DNA of 56,370 bases from Candidatus Omnitrophota bacterium (GTDB taxonomy: Bacteria; Omnitrophota; Gorgyraeia; 2-01-FULL-45-10), in the NCBI GenBank assembly GCA_028715345.1, contig JAQUSB010000009.1, positions 1 to 56,370 of the forward strand. The letters run 5' to 3'. The position numbers were made by a program, and so were the translations under genes. Numbering within the stretch: the first letter of the stretch is position 1; each line of letters opens with the position of its first letter. Below the pieces are notes generated by a model, which was not told where the DNA came from, made no database searches, and worked only from the letters and a program-made list of their open reading frames with translations. Positions 55,263 through 56,370 of the stretch are shown piece after piece.

Positions 55263-56370
55263 TTAAAACGGCGTTATCTGCGGCAGCGCTTCCTTTTTTT
55301 CCGCCGCGGCGATGACTTCGTTGAGTATATATTTTTTCTTCTTGGTATCCGGATGCCGTATCTCGTCCAGGTCGCCGAACACAAAACTGAGCCTTTTCGA
55401 ACCTGCGATCTCCGCCTTCTGCGCCTCGGTAGCGGGCGCGTTTATCTCCGTGAACAATTCATTTGCCAGGACCGTGACCCTTTCATAGAACGCGTTGTCT
55501 TCCGCGCTCAGGTAAGGCCTGAACTTCGCCGCGCTCTCGTTCATATACCTGAAATGGTAATTGCCGAGGTCGGTGAACGTCCATTGTATATCCTTCCCGG
55601 AGAGCTTCTTGCCGAATTCGAAAATAGGGGTCCCCGGTATGGGGCTTAAGATATAACAATTGGCCCTGAAATACGGGTTCACTTTTTTTATCGCTTTCAT
55701 CAGGTCTATATTCTGCTTGGTGTCCTCGTCCTTCTCGGTGGGAATACCGAAGAGGAAATTATGGACGACGTTTATCCCGACATCGCGCAGGAGCTTATTC
55801 ACTTTCAATACCTTTTCCGTGGGGATATATTTATTCAATACTTTCTGCAGTTTCGGAGAGGTAGCCTCGACGGAATAACATACCGTCTGGCATATGCCTT
55901 TCAGGAGTTCGATATTTTCCGGCGACAGGTTATTGATATTTGTCCAGAAGTGCTCGATATATAATTTATTCTTTCTGAAATATTCCAGGAGCGGGTAAAT
56001 CTCTTTGATATTATACAGGAAGTCGTCGTCGCCGAAAGTGAATACGTTTATCCCGAAATTTTTGTTCAGGTACTCTATCTCCCTTATCACGTTTTCCGGG
56101 GAACGCCGCCTGTAGCGCAGGCTCGGCTTCATCTCTTTTATGTCCATCAGGTAGCAGAACGAGCAGCTGAAATGGCATCCCCTGCTCGTGTATAGGTTGA
56201 TGAAATACGGGACCTGCCTGAAATTCACTTTGTCTTTCACGAGATCCCATCCGAAATCCCTGCTCTGGTAGATATCGTCGAGGTTCTCGACAAAAACTCG
56301 GTCGCCATTTACGCATATGCGGCCGCCTTCCCTGTAACCCAGGCCTTCTATGCCTTCAAGTTTACCGCCT
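55263..56370 (-). CDS. Radical SAM enzyme (B12-binding-domain class likely); the N-terminus lies beyond the window end
   Basis: CHFSCSFC (CxxxCxxC) motif. The reading frame stays open upstream of the track's GTG at 56240 all the way to position 56370 (GGKLEGIEGLGYREGGRICVNGDRVFVENLDDIYQSRDFGWDLV...). Confidence 0.75.
   Translation of the reverse strand, partial: GGKLEGIEGLGYREGGRICVNGDRVFVENLDDIYQSRDFGWDLVKDKVNFRQVPYFINLYTSRGCHFSCSFCYLMDIKEMKPSLRYRRRSPENVIREIEYLNKNFGINVFTFGDDDFLYNIKEIYPLLEYFRKNKLYIEHFWTNINNLSPENIELLKGICQTVCYSVEATSPKLQKVLNKYIPTEKVLKVNKLLRDVGINVVHNFLFGIPTEKDEDTKQNIDLMKAIKKVNPYFRANCYILSPIPGTPIFEFGKKLSGKDIQWTFTDLGNYHFRYMNESAAKFRPYLSAEDNAFYERVTVLANELFTEINAPATEAQKAEIAGSKRLSFVFGDLDEIRHPDTKKKKYILNEVIAAAEKKEALPQITPF

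Overview
This 56.4 kb window comes from a compact bacterial chromosome, and every gene I can support (about 60) is on the minus strand. The gene content points to a strictly anaerobic, diderm, probably uncultivated bacterium; the phylum cannot be assigned from sequence alone. In window order the blocks are as follows. (1) A partial endonuclease III gene that the ORF track missed, plus a five-gene Opp/Dpp-type peptide ABC importer. (2) pgk-tpiA-secG behind a consensus promoter. (3) An Ogg2-type glycosylase. (4) An 11 kb oxygen/ROS/NO detoxification island with thioredoxin reductase, a glutaredoxin-like protein, superoxide reductase, a ferritin-like protein, a flavodiiron protein, a flavin reductase, a 2-oxoacid:ferredoxin oxidoreductase, ferredoxin, a rubredoxin missed by the track, a Tpx-PCD fusion, azoreductase, and hybrid-cluster protein with an Rrf2 regulator. 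(5) gap, two tandem GalT-like HIT genes and an orphan CBS-domain protein. (6) fmt, priA and a family-4 UDG. (7) A roughly 27 kb envelope-glycan/LPS cluster with many GT2 paralogues, GT9, GT4, a GT-C protein, an O-antigen ligase, PglF/CapD and WecA-like initiation enzymes, a carbamoyltransferase, AsnB, a CDP-sugar module and a B12-type radical SAM gene that runs off the window end. I saw no rRNA, tRNA, CRISPR array, transposase, integrase or recognisable defence genes. I cannot point to a self-contained, clearly novel multi-gene system. The most unusual signals are: a short perfect palindrome found both in-frame inside oppF and in the pgk 5' UTR; the Tpx-PCD fusion; a GalT-like pair in which one copy lacks the nucleophile histidine and sits next to an orphan CBS protein; a pgk/tpiA junction compatible with a -1 frameshift fusion; and a densely structured 250 nt spacer upstream of fmt. 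All functional calls rest on motif recognition by eye, with no database searches.
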